A DNA stretch of 64,000 nucleotides from an uncultured Nitrospinota bacterium (GTDB taxonomy: Bacteria > Tectomicrobia > Entotheonellia > J063 > CAVPRW01), in NCBI GenBank assembly GCA_963707985.1, contig CAVPRW010000028.1, positions 1-64,000 on the forward strand, given 5' to 3'. Made by a program: the position numbers and the translations under genes. This document shows, in pieces, positions 61,358 to 64,000 of the stretch; the stretch's first letter is position 1, and each line of letters starts with the position of its first letter. The notes beneath the pieces were generated by a model. That model searched no databases. It was not told the origin of the DNA and saw nothing but the letters and a program-made list of their open reading frames with translations.

Positions 61358-62452
61358 ATGCGCAAGATACTGCATGTCATGCTGGGCATCGGTTTTTTAC
61401 TGGGCTGCTTCGCAAACACAGGGGCGGAGATCGCATCCAAGGCCAATACCCTGGAACGCATCACGCAGAGGCTTGTCGCTCCGCCGTTCCTGCCCGCGCA
61501 TGAGCAAGTGGCGCAAGGGCCGCCCAAGGTGGTGCACGTGCGGATGGTGATCGAGGAGAAGCGCAGGCAGATCAGCCCGGATGGGGCCACGATCTGGGCC
61601 ATGACCTTCAACGGGAGCGTCCCTGGGCCGATCATCGTGGTGCATCAAGATGATTATGTGGAGCTGACGCTGGTCAACCCACAGACGAACACCTTGCTGC
61701 ACAATATCGACTTTCACGCGGCGACAGGGGCTTTAGGTGGTGGGGACCTGACCCATGTCGCCCCGGGGCAGGAGGTTGTCCTGCGCTTCAGAGCGACCAA
61801 AGCGGGCGCCTTTGTCTACCATTGTGCTCCTGGCGGACCTATGATCCCGTGGCACGTGGTGTCGGGGATGAACGGGGCCATCATGGTGCTGCCGCGGGAC
61901 GGCCTGCGAGATGCAGACGGGAATCCGGTCCGATACGACAAAGCCTACTATATCGGTGAGCAAGACTTTTACATCCCCAAAGACGCGAACGGCAAGTACA
62001 AGGAGTACCCGACGCCCCTCGCCGGCATGGGGGATATGCTCGAAGTCATGAGGACCCTGACGCCTACGCATGTGGTATTCAACGGAGCCGTGGGCGCCCT
62101 CACAGGCGAGCATGCCCTCACGGCTCAGGTCGGGGAGCGGGTGTTGTTCATCCACGCTCAAGCCAATAGAGACACCCGCCCCCATCTGATCGGTGGACAC
62201 GCTGACCTGATGTGGAGCGGCGGCTCCTTCAAGGACAGGCCGGCAACGAATCTGGAGACATGGTTCGTGGCGGGGGGCTCGGCGGTAGCCGCGATGTATC
62301 AGTTTAGACAGCCCGGCCTATACGTCTATCTCAATCACAACCTGATCGAAGCGATTGTGCTAGGCGCAGCAGCCCATATAAAAGTAGAAGGGGAATGGAA
62401 TAACGATCTCATGGAACAGCTCCACAAGCCAGGGCCTATTAAGGAGCAGTGA
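61358..62452 (+). CDS. nirK: Copper-containing nitrite reductase
   Basis: Signal peptide; [55 protein letters not shown] copper-ligand motifs. Confidence 0.96.
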   Translation: MRKILHVMLGIGFLLGCFANTGAEIASKANTLERITQRLVAPPFLPAHEQVAQGPPKVVHVRMVIEEKRRQISPDGATIWAMTFNGSVPGPIIVVHQDDYVELTLVNPQTNTLLHNIDFHAATGALGGGDLTHVAPGQEVVLRFRATKAGAFVYHCAPGGPMIPWHVVSGMNGAIMVLPRDGLRDADGNPVRYDKAYYIGEQDFYIPKDANGKYKEYPTPLAGMGDMLEVMRTLTPTHVVFNGAVGALTGEHALTAQVGERVLFIHAQANRDTRPHLIGGHADLMWSGGSFKDRPATNLETWFVAGGSAVAAMYQFRQPGLYVYLNHNLIEAIVLGAAAHIKVEGEWNNDLMEQLHKPGPIKEQ

Positions 62453-62520
62453 AAAACAAGAGGCACAACTGGGGTCAAACTCGGATGAACCAATCTCCCA
62501 GGTCTTGCTGCCCAATCCGC

Positions 62521-62597
62521 GCCGAACCAAAGCGTGCAGGCGACGGCATACAGTGTCCGCTAACGCTCCCGCTTCCCGCCGCGCCTGACGCGTGGCG
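62521..62597 (+). other. Integron attC site, interrupted at the R' G/TT position
   Basis: R'' GCCGAAC; GCGTGCAGGCG pairs with CGCCTGACGC leaving one extra base; ends at G62597 where TT is expected. Confidence 0.7.
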
Positions 62598-62815
62598 GTG
62601 TGCCGGACATGGCACAGAACTCACGAGGTGCAAGTCCCCGTGCCAGGTGTAAGCGCAGCCGAAGGCGAGGAGAAGGGCAAGGGCGTCACCGCGAGGTGGG
62701 GTCTGAAGGAAGCGTGGAACGAACGTGCCAGGCAACCTGTCCGCGAATAGCTGTCGCACTATGACAATGGCCCCGGCGTAGACCAGGCGCGTTGTCGGGA
62801 AAGTCCTCCTCACAG
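62598..62815 (+). ncRNA. Group II intron 5' remnant (IIC-like domain I)
   Basis: GTGTG 5' end, CCGGACATGG, GGTGCAAGTCC, GCAAGGGCGTCACCGCGAGGTGGGGTCTGAAGGAAGC; no RT ORF; cut off at the transposon end. Confidence 0.7.
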
Positions 62816-63092
62816 AGGCAGAGTTGCATTCACTTTTGTGAAAGTTGCATCTCCTTCTGGAAAATTGCAACTCCTCTTGTAACTGACACCAGAACCCTCT
62901 GCGATCGCTCTAAAAGATCTCCCAGGCGGTATAATATCTGTCTAAAGATTGGCTGCCGATCGAGGACGCGCTGATGCGCACAGGCTATCTGTCCGCCGGC
63001 CATATACTGCTCGTTTGCATGGTGCTTTTTGAGGACGGTGAGCCTCTGCTACCTCAGCCTTCGCAAAGGTCTTCGTCAGAATGGCGGCCAGC

Positions 63093-63419
63093 TTAGGAAT
63101 GATGAGGAGAGGGAGGAGATTTTCTCACGCCTTCCATATAGGCGCGCAGGACCGCATTCATCCGGGTTTGATACCCTCGTCCCTGGGCGCGGAACCACTC
63201 CACAACCTCTTGATCGAAATAGGCCGTAATCCGTAGCTTCGGTTGACCAGGCCGTAAAATCATCGCGCGTTGCAGCCATTCCGGCTCAGGCTCAAAGGTG
63301 TCGGGGTCCTCCGTTATCGCCTGGGCGATATCCTCGTCTGTGAGGGCGTCCACCCGCTTCCAGTCGGTTTGGCCCTTACCGCCCTGTCCCAAAGACGTCT
63401 TGGTAATCTTGTCGTTCAT
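63093..63419 (-). CDS. brnA: BrnA antitoxin
   Basis: TDWKRVDALTDEDI...K.RITAYFDQEVVEWFRAQGRGYQTRMNAVLRAYM. Confidence 0.92.
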   Translation of the reverse strand: MNDKITKTSLGQGGKGQTDWKRVDALTDEDIAQAITEDPDTFEPEPEWLQRAMILRPGQPKLRITAYFDQEVVEWFRAQGRGYQTRMNAVLRAYMEGVRKSPPSPHHS

Positions 63420-63657
63420 GTCTCCGTGCCCTCCGTGCACTAATCAACCGGCGAGCTTCGCCTCGCCAAGTGAATACCACGGCGATAATTCGGCCTTCTA
63501 GCACGCCATACGCGATATGCCGCTGTTCCCCGTGTTCTTGCTGCTCCGAGGGAACCTCCAAGACTTCGCCTTGCCAAATTTCCTTGGCATCGAGGAAATC
63601 AATCCCATGCTTGCTGAGGTTCTCGAGGCGTTTTTGTTCGTACCATTCAAACAGCAT
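63376..63657 (-). CDS. brnT: BrnT toxin
   Basis: MLFEW...KRLENLSKHGIDF...GEQR...VVFTWRGEARRLISARRA. Confidence 0.93.
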   Translation of the reverse strand: MLFEWYEQKRLENLSKHGIDFLDAKEIWQGEVLEVPSEQQEHGEQRHIAYGVLEGRIIAVVFTWRGEARRLISARRARRHERQDYQDVFGTGR

Positions 63658-63780
63658 ATATGCATATTATCCATATATTATACATACAATAGGAGGGGCG
63701 GTAAAGAGGGGGAGTTAAGAAAATTCCCGCCAGTCATCCCACTGCGGGAGTTGTGGCGCATTAATGTGGGGAAACAAGCC

Positions 63781-64000
63781 GGCTCGTGTGTAACTAGAGT
63801 GCACCGAGCGACCATGCACACACATCCGTTGAATCAGCGTGGGTGTGACGCGTTTCGTATTGACCATGGCTTCATATGTCGCCACATAGAGATGCAGGTA
63901 TCGCTTATGGACTCCACGGAAGGCGCGCAGAGAGGTCCGAAGCGCTGCGCCTGCCCCCTCGCAGGTGTTGCAGTGCACCTCACGTTGGCCATCTCCATCA
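63781..64000 (-). mobile_element. IS1595-family transposase, C-terminal part (runs off window end)
   Basis: VHCNTCEG...LRAFRGVHKRYLHLYVATYE motif. Confidence 0.75.

Larger units (their letters stand above)
56424..62888 (+). mobile_element. Tn5053/Tn402-like (tni) transposon with cassette cargo
   Basis: 25-bp terminal IRs TGTCAGTTACAGAAGTAAATGCAAC (56424-56448) and, in reverse complement, TGTCAGTTACAAGAGGAGTTGCAAT (62864-62888), 19/25 identical; internal TGCAA repeats at about 20-bp spacing at both ends; tniA-tniB-tniQ. Confidence 0.85.

Noticed and set aside
56424..62888. CRISPR-associated transposon or complete Tn7
   Set aside because: No cas genes, array or tnsA between the ends; tniB and tniQ are truncated.

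Overview
GC-rich bacterial accessory region with two halves; many genes carry single frameshifts or in-frame stops, which could be decay or assembly indels. About 1-36.5 kb is a large surface-glycan cluster: beta-helix proteins, GT2/GT4/GT32/ArnT-like glycosyltransferases, epimerases, SAM methyltransferases, two Wzm/Wzt ABC exporter pairs, an HprK-like kinase next to a nucleotidyltransferase-GT2 fusion, and two decayed IS elements with visible terminal inverted repeats. About 36.8-44.2 kb holds mixed genes: a coiled-coil repeat protein, a TPP enzyme, a truncated SWIM protein, an FN3/discoidin protein and a GMC oxidoreductase. About 44.6-64 kb is a defence and mobile island. It has a candidate anti-phage operon: an unknown protein, two tandem BrxD/DUF2791-like ATPases, and a roughly 2000-aa Lhr-like helicase/Cas4-like nuclease/DNA2-like helicase gene interrupted by REP-like palindromes. 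It also has ParDE, a disrupted VapBC-like pair and BrnTA. A Tn5053/Tn402-like transposon (tniA, tniB/tniQ deletion, short tyrosine recombinase) carries integron-type attC cassettes (CopD-like gene and copper nitrite reductase nirK) with no IntI, plus a group II intron 5' remnant at the last attC. No rRNA, tRNA or CRISPR array was seen. All family calls come from motif recognition by eye, not database searches.
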